Shown piece after piece: positions 36,800 through 48,415 of a DNA stretch of 48,541 bases (positions within the stretch are counted from its first letter, which is position 1; each line of letters starts with the position of its first letter). Source of the DNA: Octopus bimaculoides (taxonomy: Eukaryota); contig NC_068981.1 of assembly GCF_001194135.2 (NCBI RefSeq), positions 3,619,985-3,668,525 on the forward strand, written 5' to 3'. The notes under the pieces were generated by a model. It was given only the letters and a program-made list of their open reading frames with translations, was not told where the DNA came from and ran no database searches. A program made the position numbers and the translations under genes.

Positions 36800-37640
36800 C
36801 GCTCACACACATACATACACATGCTCACACATATGTGTACACAGGCTCACACGTATGCATACGCATGCTCACATGTATGCATACACACACTCACACATGT
36901 GCATACACACAATCACACGTATGCCTACACACACTCACACGTATGCACACACACACTCACATGTAGGCATACACACGCTCACACGTACAACTTACGCAAA
37001 ATATATGTCTTCATGTCTTCGATTTGTCATGTTCATTATTCCCTCTGCTACCATAACAACTGGCATCTTCACCACCACCACCACCACCTCCCCATTCACA
37101 TCACCACCAAGAGAACTGATTCTGCAGCAGTTCCTATCACTACAACTACCAAACTCTCACCATTAATGTCCCCCCCACCCCACCAGCATTCCTGCCCATC
37201 TCAATTTCCACCACCACCACCACCACAACTATGTTACGTCCTCTACGTCGGCTTCTTCATGAGCACCACTGCCGACCATTCTTACCACAATTGTCCACCA
37301 CTTCAACGGTTCCACCAACACCACCATCCCCACTCCCCACCACCATAATGGTCATTAACCAAAAGTACAATGCACAGTTACCATTACTATCTACCACCGG
37401 CTCCAACACTACTACCACTGCCACGCCACCATCCCTGCCATCACCACCATATGCTACCACCACCGCTGCCACCACCGCCAGCTATTTCATCACCATCACC
37501 ACTGTTTTTACCTCAAAGAGCCACCACTTTCAACACCACCACCACCACCCATTGCTCAACAATTATTCCACCCCCACAGTAGGAACTCTCATCACCACCA
37601 CCACCACCACCGTCATCACTACCACCACTACTACCATCAT
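36800..37640. repeat. Degenerate (CA/TA) tract followed by a CCA/ACC-rich low-complexity tract
   Basis: Direct; explains the His/Thr/Pro-rich ORFs at 36821-37680. Confidence 0.85.
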
Positions 37641-38065
37641 GTCTGTAATGCTTCCTTGTTTTGAAAGACGGCCAATTTAGTAGAAGATTATGGAAGAGAA
37701 AGCATTCAAGTAAAGAAAAAAGAAGAAAAGGAAACGGTAAAGGAAATAATGAGTGAGGTAGGGAGAGGGGGAGAGGAGAGAGGGAGGGAAAGAGAGAGAG
37801 AGAATATAGGATGCTTGAGATTTGCAACGGAATGGAAGCCTGCTTATAAAGCCAGATAATTACTGGCTGATTACTAAATAAAAGACACATGTACCTTGAT
37901 TCCATAACCATATTTTTCATTCTCGGATACAATAACAGAATAGATAGCTTAGATCTTTTTCTTCTTTCACATTCCCAGCCACCCATTTCTCTCTTTCTTT
38001 TATGTGTGCATGTGTGTGTGTGTATAGATAGATGGAAGGATAGACAGATGATACATACATATATA

Positions 38066-38237
38066 CGAGGGGTAATGAAAAATTCCTGGTTTTAAGGGTG
38101 TTGTGAAAGGCCTGGTTGGAGGCCCAATTATCTGAGTTTTTTTACAGGGCATCGAAAAACAGGAGGACCGCTGCAATAAGTGTATGAATCTGAGACAGGA
38201 ATATGTTGAATAAAATCATAACCAACTGATCCTCTTG
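38066..38237 (+). mobile_element. mariner-derived MITE
   Basis: TA|CGAGGGGTAATGAAAAATTCC start and TCCTCTTG|TA end; internal ..EDRCNKCMNLRQEYVE* resembles a mariner C-terminus. Confidence 0.55.
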
Positions 38238-38277
38238 TATATGAATGCATACATACATACATATACATACATACATT

Positions 38278-39053
38278 GAAGATATTACCCACTTCATAAG
38301 CAGTTGTCTGGAAATGTCATCATGGTATTATCTACCAATGAGACATGATGTTGTAGTTAGGACACTCTATAATTAAATCCATCGGAAGGATAATCCCGAG
38401 AACAAAGAAATAAGAACCCACAATATGGTAGAAGCCATGGCTACTCATAATAAAAAGGAATACTGGTGGAATATACCAGTGAAGACCTCAATAAAATGTA
38501 AGCACAACAGACCTGATATCATGATTTGGGATAAAGAAGAGAAACTCTGCACAGTTGTGGAAATTAACTGCCCAGCGGATGTTAACATAAAGCTGAAGAT
38601 CAGTGAAAAAGAGAACACCTACGCTGAACTATTGAGAAATCTGCAGTTACTCTATCCAGATTACAAGTTCAGGTTTATACCTGTAATTATTGGGGCCCTG
38701 GGATATGTAACACACTGCCTAAATACTAATCTTGAGAAATTAAGCTTCTCAAAACCAGAAAGGAGGAAGCTAATTCAAAGACTACAGATCCAGTCCATCA
38801 CTGGAACTGTAAAAATCTGTGAAACTTTCCAGAAGTCTATCATTGAAATATATATGAGCATGTCTAGATATGTAAGTATATGCATGAGAAGACATACGTA
38901 AAACATACAAATCTGTACATACATACATGCATATATATACAAACAAAAATACCCTGTAGTTGATGTTGAGATTCCAATGATGGAGCCTTGGATCTAGGCT
39001 AGAAACCGGTTCTTTTTCTATTGGCGAGAAATCGTGCAATAAATTGAATAATG
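38278..39053 (+). mobile_element. R4/Dong-like LINE 3' fragment (Zn knuckle remnant, restriction-like endonuclease, 3'UTR)
   Basis: EDITHFISSC..MS..YYLPMRHD; ORF 38425-38901 with RPDI...VEINCP.D...EK..Y and IPVIIGALG motifs. Confidence 0.88.
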
Positions 39054-39096
39054 ACATACACACACACACACACATACATACATACATGCCTATCTA

Positions 39097-40131
39097 CAGT
39101 ATCATGCAAAAGTTTTCGGCCACTTTAAACTATTGTAAATATTTACTAATTGCCAACTTATAAGTGAATGTTTCATATCGTGTTTTTCACAGATGAAACA
39201 TTGGCCCTGTTGGAGTCATTTCCATATCTAATCATTATATTTTGTAGTAGAGGTTCTGAATGAAAGGGGAAGATGTGCTTTCCTGGAGGCCTTCTGACAA
39301 ATTCTCAGTTATTAGAAAGCGAAATGAGCCACGTTACAAGATGAAAACAGTGAAGTTTGGGGGTAAGAGTCTGATGCTTTGGGAATTCATAAAAAATGAT
39401 GGTTCAAGAAAGTTGGTTAAAATTTACGGTAACTTGAATAGTGCCAAACACATCCAATTGCTGTAGGACAATTTGATGCCAGACTTGGATGAAGGTGAGA
39501 GATTTTTCAGCATGATGGAGCTCCATGCCACAGATCGCATGCAACACAACCGAGTCTGGCTGATGAAGGTGTTACTGTATTGAAAGATTGGCTAGCTCAG
39601 AGCCCTGACTTAAATATCATCAAGCAAATGTGGACAGAACTAAAGAGAAGAGTTCGTCAGAAGAATCCACACAACCTTGAAGAGTTGTGGGAGCTCAGCC
39701 ACAGAGAATGGCATCTCATACCTGTGAAGATGGTGAAAGATATGTATGCATCTCTTTCCAGGCACATTGAAGCAATGTTTCAAGCTAAGGGAAGTCACAC
39801 AAAATATTATCAATGTACAGTAACTTCTTGAAATGAACATTATGTAATAAATTTTCATTATAGTCATTTTTCTGTTTTAAAACACTGTATCCTGATTGGT
39901 TTATGTGAGGTGGCTGAAAACTTTTGCACGGCCATTTTTGGTGGTCATCTTGCATCTTCCCCTTTCATTCAGAACCTCTACTACAAAATTTAATGGTTAG
40001 ATGTGGAAATGACCCCAATAAGACCAACGTTTCATCTGTAAAAATCACGATGTGAAACATTCACTTATAAGTTGGCAATTAGTAGAAATTTGCAATAGTT
40101 TAAAGTGGCTGAAGACTTTTGCACGGTACTG
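39097..40131 (+). mobile_element. Tc1-family transposon, internally deleted, IR/DR-type ends, TA TSD
   Basis: TA|CAGT...ACTG|TA; ~110-bp matching terminal repeats; DDE remnant TVKFGG.SLMLW...FQHDGAPCH...WLAQSPDLNIIK.MW. Confidence 0.92.
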
Positions 40132-40253
40132 TACATAAATATATACATTACAAACAGACATAGATACACACACATATATGCATACATATATGCATGCAAA
40201 TATGTGCTTGTGTCTATTTTTGTAACCATAGTTTCATGCTAGGATACAAGAAT

Positions 40254-40291
40254 TCAGACATCAATCTTATCTTCATCAAACTCAATTGTAA
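40254..40291 (-). CDS. Candidate terminal coding exon of an unidentified gene ((V)TIEFDEDKIDV*)
   Basis: Strong acceptor CCATTGCCTTTTGCCTCTACAG; phase 1 matches the upstream exon; ends in TGA. Confidence 0.5.
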
Positions 40292-40545
40292 CTGTAGAGG
40301 CAAAAGGCAATGGAACACCATGTGATTTTGCTCATCATTGGTTTTCCATGTATTGCTTGGAGAAAAGATACAAACTTGTCACACTGTGTTTACAAATTGT
40401 TATCACCGCTGCATGTCTAAACATTACTGGTAAAGCAGTGTTTATGATGTGATATTTCTCAGCCCAACATAAATTACACCGTTTTGATTATTTTTGTATG
40501 AGAGAACTCTGTTCTAGTCAAACCATACAATATCAGTAGACTTAC

Positions 40546-40653
40546 CTGTATCTTTCTTTTTCCAGATGTGCTTTGAGAACAATGAACTGTTTTCTTTAGG
40601 ATCCTGTTGAAAGAAATCAAAATGCTGGTATAGTAGATTCTTAAATGTGTTTT
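40546..40653 (-). CDS. Candidate internal coding exon, 108 nt, phase 1-1 ((E)NTFKNLLYQHFDFFQQDPKENSSLFSKHIWKKKDT)
   Basis: Acceptor CTTACACTTGCTTATCAG, donor CAG|GTAAGT, open frame, non-repetitive sequence. Confidence 0.6.
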
Positions 40654-40814
40654 CTGATAAGCAAGTGTAAGATACAGTGCAGAAGTTTGATTTACCATTG
40701 GAGTAGTACAATACACAATGCAGATACTTATGCACTGGTTATCCAAGGGACATACCCCAATGTTTTAACTATTACAGTTATTGTTATTAGCATTTGTTTA
40801 ATCATAATAATTCT

Positions 40815-41100
40815 TTAAGACTGATATTTATTCTATCATTCTCTTTTGCTGAACTGCTAAGTTACAGGGATGTAAACATGCCAACACCAGTTGTCAAGCA
40901 GAGTTGAGAACAGTGACACAAACACGCATGCATACACACACAAACACAATGGGCTTCTTTTAGTTTCTGTCTACCAAATTCACTCACAAGGCTTTGATTG
41001 GCCCAAGGCTATAGAAGAAGACACTTGCTCAAAGTGTCATGCAGTGGGACTGAACCCAGAACCATGTGGTTGGGAAACAAGTTTCTTACCATACAGCCAC
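40815..41100 (-). mobile_element. SINE family A (internally deleted)
   Basis: Tail, microsatellite and head motifs on the minus strand. Confidence 0.8.
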
Positions 41101-41634
41101 ACCTGCATCTATATATATAGACATTAGTTACTTAAGTCTTACATAAGATTCAGAGAGGTCGGAGGTTAGCTTCAGTGTTATTATATCCAGTGAGTTGGCA
41201 GATGCTGGTTGGTTCTTGTTATTTTCTGGAGATTTCAACTTGATTTTGGTGGCTATGAGATTTCTTGTCATAGTCCCAGTTTTCTGCCTGAATAGGGAAC
41301 TGCTTGGGGGACTTGGGGCATTGAGTTTTTGTTGTGTGTGGCATGTGGAGGGAGCATGCCTAAAAGAATGGCTTTGGTCATCTGCCTGGGGTGTCTGGCA
41401 TTAAAACTGGTGGAGTTCTGACCATATAGTTGATTTGCAGTGCCACAGGGTCTAAGGAAGGAGAGCATTGAGTAGTTTGTGAATGTGTATTGGTCAGTTG
41501 TGATGAAGCAGTGGTTGGATGACCTGATAAAGGCAGAGACAGTTACAATTTGGTGGAGGTTAGGCTTTGAGATGAGAAGGAGAACAGAAGTGCTTGAAAT
41601 GTTGGTCTATCAGTTTGTAATGTGAGTGCGAAGG

Positions 41635-41937
41635 CACACGGCTTACTGGTTAAGGTATTTGGCTCACTGTCATAAGGGTATGAGTTCAATCCCCAGTAGT
41701 GTGTTGTGTTCTTGAGCAAGATACTTTATTCCACATTGCTCCAGTCCACTCAGCTGGTAAAAATGAGATGTACCTGTAATTCAAAAGGGCCAGCCTTGTC
41801 ACATTGGATCTCTCTGAGAACTACGTTAAGAATACACATGTCTGTGGAGCACTCAACCACTTACCCATTAATTTCACGAACAAGCTGTTCTGCTGATTGG
41901 ATCAGCTGGAACCCTTGTTATCATAACAGAATGCCAG
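41635..41937 (+). mobile_element. SINE family D (tRNA head, Deu/Nin-like core)
   Basis: GAGTTCAATCCC B-box; GTCTGTGGAGCACTCAACCAC...AATTTCACGAACAAGCTGTTC. Confidence 0.75.
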
Positions 41938-42249
41938 TTTTTTTTTAAATGGGTTTCAGCAATAGATGGAAAGTTAATTCTGCAAAGGACTGGCATCCCA
42001 TCCAAGGTGTTGTGTTGTAACCTCAGCCACTTATACACTATAGCAGCCATCATAAGATCTGTCCTTGTGAATCCTGGGATTCATGAGAGACCTTGATGGG
42101 GAAATCAAAGTGGTTGACAGCACATGAACAGGTCACAGTAAACCTTAGTGTATGTGTGTGTATATGAGCATATATATGTATTGGGTCATCCCATAAATAA
42201 TGCGATTTTTTTATACTTCTTTTATTTTTCAAAATTAAGATAAACAAAG

Positions 42250-42765
42250 TTCTTTTCTAATCTAAAATATACTCTCCTTCATTTTCTACAATACTCTTCC
42301 ATCTTATCTGGCAGACTTGCAAGGCCCCTCTTTCAAAATTCACTTGTCCGTGATGAAAAATACTCCTCTAGTACTGTTCTGACCTCATCTACAAAATTCA
42401 TATTTTTTCCATCCAAATGATTTTGAAGCTTGCAGAATAAATGATTATCAGATGAGGCAATGTCTGATAAATATGGTGGGTGGGGCATGGTTTCCAATTC
42501 AAATAGCTCCAGCCTTTGGAATGTCATCTTCACTGTACATGGCTGAGCATTATCCAAATGGAAGAAAACCTTTTGTCTTAAAACCAGAGACGACTATTTT
42601 TCTTCTAGCGCTGACTTAAGCTGCTCAAGCTGTTCACAGTAGATCTCCGTTGTTATCATTTGGTTTGGGTTTAAAAGTTCAAAGTGGACTAAACCTTTCA
42701 TATCCCACCAAACAGATAACAACATCTTACACAGGTGAAGACTTTTCACTCATGTAATTGAAAAA
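42250..42765 (-). pseudogene. mariner (DD34D) transposase C-terminal fragment
   Basis: KMLLSVWWDMKG..HFELL...IYCEQL...FHLDNAQP...HPPYLSDIASSDNHLF; contains stops. Confidence 0.88.
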
Positions 42766-42801
42766 ACTGCATTCTATTGGGGATGACCCAATATACTCTG
42801 T

Positions 42802-42832
<31 letters not shown>

Positions 42833-43036
42833 CATGTGTGCTATTCATTTCGTATTAAATGAAAACGATGGATGCATTTCCTCCAATGTTATTTGTTTTC
42901 TTTTGTTTTCCTTTCCTTTCTCAGCATCTCAAAATTTCTGGAGATGGTGCAAATTTTTATTCCAATGAACAGAAAATTCAGATTGCATGAGAGATTTATC
43001 TCATGCAGAATGTTTCCAGAAAAGCAAAAATCTCAC

Positions 43037-43077
43037 CATAAATGGAATGCAGATACATATTGGCAGTTGAGTCGGTT
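43037..43077 (-). CDS. Candidate 41-nt coding exon (TDSTANMYLHSIY), phase 2-1
   Basis: Acceptor CACTTTTTACAG, donor ATG|GTGAGA; splices in frame to the 40653 exon. Confidence 0.4.
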
Positions 43078-44189
43078 CTGTAAAAAGTGACGTCATGCAA
43101 CTGCATGGAAACTGCAATGCATGGATTTGTTTTTTTTTCCTTTCTTTTTTGGTTTTTACTGCATTAAATCATCGTACAAACCATCACTCACGGCAAAAAT
43201 ATATCAGTGATGATAGTTATGAAATATAAGTTCACATAAGTTCATTATTTCTAAATAGAGTAATGCACCACCACCACCAAAAATATTATAAAAATCTATT
43301 TTTATTGATGTACTAGTGTTAAAAATTGGAAAAATAAAATTGAAGAAATGTAAAACTGAAAGAGAATTTACTAAAATGTATATTTTTCCAAATGAGAAAA
43401 TATTTTGTGGATTTCTTGTAATTAGAGAATAACTCAGATTATTTGGAGATATTTTAATAAATTTAATCCATGAAAATATTCTGAAATTTTATTAACTTAA
43501 TTGATGAAAGGGAGTGTCTGTAACCCTTTTTAGGGTCTTGGAGACTGGTAGGAGTAGAAGACAAAATTTATTTTCAGACCAAAAACAGTTTGAATGTTAA
43601 CAAAATGATTCAAATGAAGGCAGCAAACGACCAGGTTGCTGGTGTTGAACTGGAGGACACTACCTTGGCGATAAACTGTCTTCTTGCTTTGCACTTTTGA
43701 GGTCAGTTCTGGCATGGTCTTTACAGCTGGATGCTCTTCCAGATGCCAACCACTTTACAGTGTGGACGGGATGCTTTTTAAGTGGCACCTGCACTGACAG
43801 GGTTACTAAGTAACTTGCAAGACAAAGATTCTTTGAGGGGGGAGGGGGAATTGGGGGGAGACATAACAGCAGCAGACAAGTGAACAATGCTCTGCAAGTA
43901 GATAAGGACATGGCAGAGTTGATAGAGAATCGGTTGAAATATCTTGCAGTGTTCCTCCTAGGTTTCTACACTTGAGGTTCAAATCCTACTGAGGTTAACC
44001 TTGCTTTTCATGCCTTCGAGGGTGATAAATAAAGTACCAGCCAACCTAGGGTAGTGAATCAGCTGAGATGATAAAGGAACAGATGAAATATTTGTGCTAT
44101 TTGACTTAGCTTTGTGCATTCTGAGTTCAAAGCCCACCAGAGTCTACTTTGCCGTTCATCCTTTCAACCATGGTTGAGCTAGAGCTAAA

Positions 44190-44350
44190 CTATGACAATA
44201 ACAGCACCAACAACAACAACAATGAAAACGACATGAACAACAAAATCAACAAGAACAATGACCACAGCGACAACAGCAATAACAAAAACACCATCATCAA
44301 CGATGGAAACATCATCATCATCATCATCATCCTCAACAACAACAAGAACA
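44190..44350. repeat. Degenerate (AAC)n/(ATC)n tract
   Basis: Direct. Confidence 0.85.
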
Positions 44351-44714
44351 GTGACAGAAATTGCCAAGCTTTGTTCATTTGAAGAGCGGATGTCTTAGGT
44401 GCGTTGCTGTTTATGAAAAGGAAGATTGTAGTGTGAGGCTGTTTTTGTAATAATGGTGTCTGGCAGGGATGATAAAGATCTTGTTAGTAAGAAGCAGAAT
44501 ATTTGACTGCAATGTGAGAGGCAGAAGAATTTGCTGTCTGTGGAATGAATACAGGAATTCTACGTTTTCTTAAGAGTTGCTGGCATGATGGCCAAATGCC
44601 ACACCTCTTCAATTAATTTACAACAAGGGGTTTCATTAAGGTAATTGTGATGCCAGTAGGTTGGGGGCTGTGGGGAAGGAAGTAGAGGGGAAGGGACAAA
44701 GTGCTGCCATCTTT

Positions 44715-44964
44715 TATCGTTTACTTGTTTCAGTCATTAGGCTGTGTCCATGCTGGGGCACTGCCTTGGAAAATTTCAAGGCAAATGAATCGACCCCAGG
44801 GCTTATTTTTTTCTAAAAACTGGTACTTATTCTATCCGAGTCTTTTGTTGAACTGCTATGTTACAGGAACATAAACACACCAACACTGGTTGTCAAGAGG
44901 TGGTGGGGGACAAACACAGATACAAGACACACACACACACTTATATATATCCACATACGTACAT

Positions 44965-45015
<51 letters not shown>

Positions 45016-45079
45016 CACACGATGATGATGATGGTAATGTATATACTTATATATATGTATATATTTATATATATGTATA

Positions 45080-45153
<74 letters not shown>

Positions 45154-45280
45154 GGGCTTCTTTTAGTTTCTGTCTACCAAATTTACCCACAAGTCTTTGG
45201 TCAGCCTGAGGTTATAGTAGAATAGTAGAAGACACTTGCCCAAAGGTGCCACACAGTGAGATTGAACCCAGAACCATGTG
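44715..45280 (-). mobile_element. SINE family A, full length with an expanded internal (TA)/(CA) microsatellite
   Basis: Tail at 44715, head ending about 45280. Confidence 0.85.
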
Positions 45281-45544
45281 ACTATGGCAAAGAAAGAAGA
45301 ATTAGAAGCAAACTGTATTTTATATTCTCATTAATAAAGAGGAGGGAGTTGACAAGATGGTAGATTCTTTAAGGTGTCAGAAAAAATGTTTCTCAGTATT
45401 TGTTCTAATTCTTTACATTGTGAGTTCAAATCCAGATGAAGTCAACTTGGCTTTTTATCTTTTAGGGGTCATTCAAATAAAGGACCAATTAGATACTGAG
45501 GCTGATGATATTGGCTAATCCCTTTCTGTCGACATTGCTGGTCT

Positions 45545-46460
45545 TGTATGATGCAGCAGGAATATTTAACTTAAAAATGAAATCCAGATCACTATATCTA
45601 ATGCAAAAAAACCCCCAAAAAACCTCAAAAATACAATTGCAATTTGCTAGAATATTACAAATGTCATAAAAGAATCTTATCATTCAAGAATTTGTATGGA
45701 ATCGGACATAACAACAATTTCATCTTTGGTGTACTTTTTCTGAACAAGACCACCACTATATATTCAGTGCATTTAAGCCACCACCATCAAACGGGAGACA
45801 GCAGACTGGACGAAAGAGGGCAGATGGACACAGAAGTGGCAGTCAGCAGACAGTAGCAGAACCAGCAGCAGACCAGAGTGCTGTGACACCACAAAGAGAA
45901 TGGAGAGTGATGACAGCAAGACACAATGATCAGCTAACATCACAACAGCAACTACTACGATACTGAGTCCAAAAACGATAAGCTTCGAATTGTCTTGGTG
46001 TTTGTCGATCATAGTAAAAACCTTTTTTACTCTTTTATTTTTGTTTCAGCCATTTGACTGCAGCCATGCTGGAGCACTGCCTTTAGTCGAGCAAATCAAC
46101 CCCAGAACTTATTCTTTGTAAGCCTAGTACTTATTCTATCAGTCTGTTTTGCTGAACTGCTAAGTTATGGGGACATAAACACACCAGCATCGGTTGTCAA
46201 GCGAAGTTGGGGGGGACAAACACAAACACACAAGCATATATATATATATATACATATATACGAAAGGTTTCTTTCAGTTTCCGTCTACCAAATCCACTCA
46301 CAAGACTTTGGTCGGCCTGAGGCTATAGTAGAAGACTATAAGTGCCATGCAGTGGGACTGAACTCAGAACCATGTGGTTGGTAAGTAAGCTGTTTACCAC
46401 ACAGCCATGATAAAAATAAATATTTTTTCCATTAAAAATCTCAAACAGACTTCAGGGTTC
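45545..46460. repeat. Unclassified interspersed repeat, copy 2, interrupted by SINE family A (about 46020-46405, minus strand)
   Basis: Collinear with 34790-35350 on both sides of the SINE. Confidence 0.7.
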
Positions 46461-46499
46461 TTTATCCTAACAACCTAAATCTAAAACCATTCTTAGTGA

Positions 46500-47075
46500 G
46501 GAAAGGGTAAATTAAAGCTACTTTAGTTAGAAAGGGTAGTTGCCTTGAGGTCAGTTGGCAACAAGTTTCCTCAAATTTCAAAACCCTTTCTGAAGATTCT
46601 TGCAGTAAACAGAATGGCACTTTCCTGCAAGTTGCCAATCTGGGTTTCAATTTCAATATTCCTCAGCTGCGAGTGAGCAGTTTAAGTGCTGTGCTCAAGG
46701 CACTGACACTCTCAGGAACAATTATCACCATTGTCTTCCGCAATATCTTAATATCTCTGGCTACATCCTCTTATCTCTCAATTCTTTGCTATCCATTCTT
46801 CTCTCATATGGCATTGAAAAGTCTTTTAGGTGATACACATTGTGCATTGGAAACAGCTTTCTAGTTCTTCTAACTCATCCCTACAGCAGAACACTTCAAT
46901 ATTGATATGGTCCATGTGTTCATTGCTTTGATAATATTCTTTCCTTTCAGTTTTGTTTCAAGCACCTTCCTAATTCTTCTCTTGTACTCTCTGGAGATTT
47001 TTCTCTCTCATTTCTCTTTCCATTACTCTATCATCTTGCGATACCCTTAGGTAATTGTATCCCTTATCATTTCTC
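46500..47075 (-). mobile_element. R4/Dong-like LINE fragment, internally deleted
   Basis: KGYNYL...ISREYKRRIRKVLETKLKGKNIIKAMNTW fused to an RLE-end remnant ..IGNLQESAILFTARIFRKVL. Confidence 0.65.
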
Positions 47076-47079
47076 AATG

Positions 47080-47105
47080 ATCTTCTTTTTCTTTTTCTTC
47101 TTCTT

Positions 47106-47177
<72 letters not shown>

Positions 47178-47178
47178 G
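47080..47178. repeat. (TTC)n/(ATT)n compound microsatellite
   Basis: Direct. Confidence 0.95.
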
Positions 47179-47244
47179 CAACAGGATAATAAAATCATGA
47201 GTATGCCAGACAAAATGCTGTGCAACATTTCTGACTTATTTTCT

Positions 47245-47578
47245 GAAGTAGTTGTATGCTATCAACTTAACGTGACAGTCCCCTGAAGGGAATAATACTA
47301 TTGTTGGTTAGACCTAGGAAGCTGCACTGCTTCCTGTCGGCCTTGACACATTTCCTGTGTCCTTACGTTTACAAAGGGGAGAGGTGGAGGTGCTTGTCTC
47401 CCCCTTGTAAACATAAGGACACAGGAAATGTGTCAAGGCCGACAGGAAGCAGTGCAGCTTCCTAGGTCTAACCAACAATAGTATTATTCCCTTCAGGGGA
47501 CTGTCACATTAAGTTGACAGCATACAACTACTTCAATGTATCCCTACTGCATGAATCCCTCAGAGAGATTTAGAAATG
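47245..47578. mobile_element. Foldback/MITE-like palindromic element, copy 2 (290-bp near-perfect hairpin plus a one-sided extension)
   Basis: ~135-bp arms with about 4 mismatches around an ~20-nt loop. Confidence 0.9.
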
Positions 47579-47609
47579 TATCATTTCTCATTATTTCCTG
47601 ATTTCAAAT

Positions 47610-47900
47610 TTTGCTGAGTCAGTTTTGCCTTTCACCCTTTTATCAGCGAATCCCACCTATTTTTTCCAGCAACTTCTGTTGTGGCTACATGGAATTGATT
47701 GTATGGTCCCTTCTTGCATAATTCTTCTTCATGTCCTTTTTGTACTTCTTTCTTTGTTTTCCCTTTTTTTTTCTGCTCACAATTCCTGACTCACTAGCAA
47801 GGTTTCCTTACTTTGGGTTAGGTATCTCATTAAGCTCTCAAGTTCAATATGTACACAGTCTTCCACACTTAGCAATCCCTTTCTTCTATTTGCTCTCTTT
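47610..47900 (-). mobile_element. R4/Dong-like LINE fragment (post-thumb region)
   Basis: RRKGLLSVEDCVHIELESLMRYL..SKE.LL resembles the GGRGL..EDC motif, followed by a ..QF...W..LIKG remnant. Confidence 0.6.
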
Positions 47901-48094
47901 ATTATCATTATTCTTTTTTTTTCTAAGCACAAGGCCTGAAATTTTTGGCGGGGGTGAGGGGCACAGTCAATTAGATGACCGAAACAAGTAAATGAATAAA
48001 AGAATGCATAAAGCATATATACATTCATAAATATATACAAACATACATATGTACAAATATACATACATGTGGTCAGACAAATATATAATCTTTC

Positions 48095-48323
48095 CTACTC
48101 TAGGCACAAGGCCCAAAATTTTGGGGGAGAGAGCCAGTCGATTAGATTGACCCCAGTACGCAACTGGTACTTAATTTACTGATCCTGAAAGGAAGAAAGG
48201 CAAAGTTGACCTTGGCAGAATTTGAACTCAGAATGTAAAGACAGATGAAATACCACTAAGAATTTCACCTGGTGTGCTAACGTTTCTGCCAGCTCGTCAC
48301 CTTCTCTTTATTATTATTATTAC

Positions 48324-48414
<91 letters not shown>

Positions 48415-48415
48415 T
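48095..48415 (-). mobile_element. SINE family C followed by (ATT)n
   Basis: Same diagnostic core as the other family C copies. Confidence 0.85.

Noticed and set aside
36821-37680. Mucin-like Thr/Pro/His-rich ORFs
   Set aside because: Degenerate CCA/ACC low-complexity DNA, open in several frames, with no splice support.
39555-39600. CTGATGAAGG...GAAAG hammerhead-like string
   Set aside because: It lies in Tc1 transposase coding sequence with no stem II pairing; chance match.
41150-41630. Protein-like minus-strand text, possibly an old LINE fragment
   Set aside because: No recognisable motif, and stops in all frames.
43088-43095. CRE palindrome TGACGTCA
   Set aside because: A single 8-mer is expected by chance, and it lies in a putative splice-acceptor region.
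44385-44590. CR1/L2-like 3' end (FIPQT...)
   Set aside because: The match is limited to a few residues and cannot be supported without alignment.
47540-47580. Hammerhead-like CTGCATGA...hairpin...GAAA in the foldback extension
   Set aside because: The core departs from CUGANGA, differs between the two copies, and has no pairing stem I.
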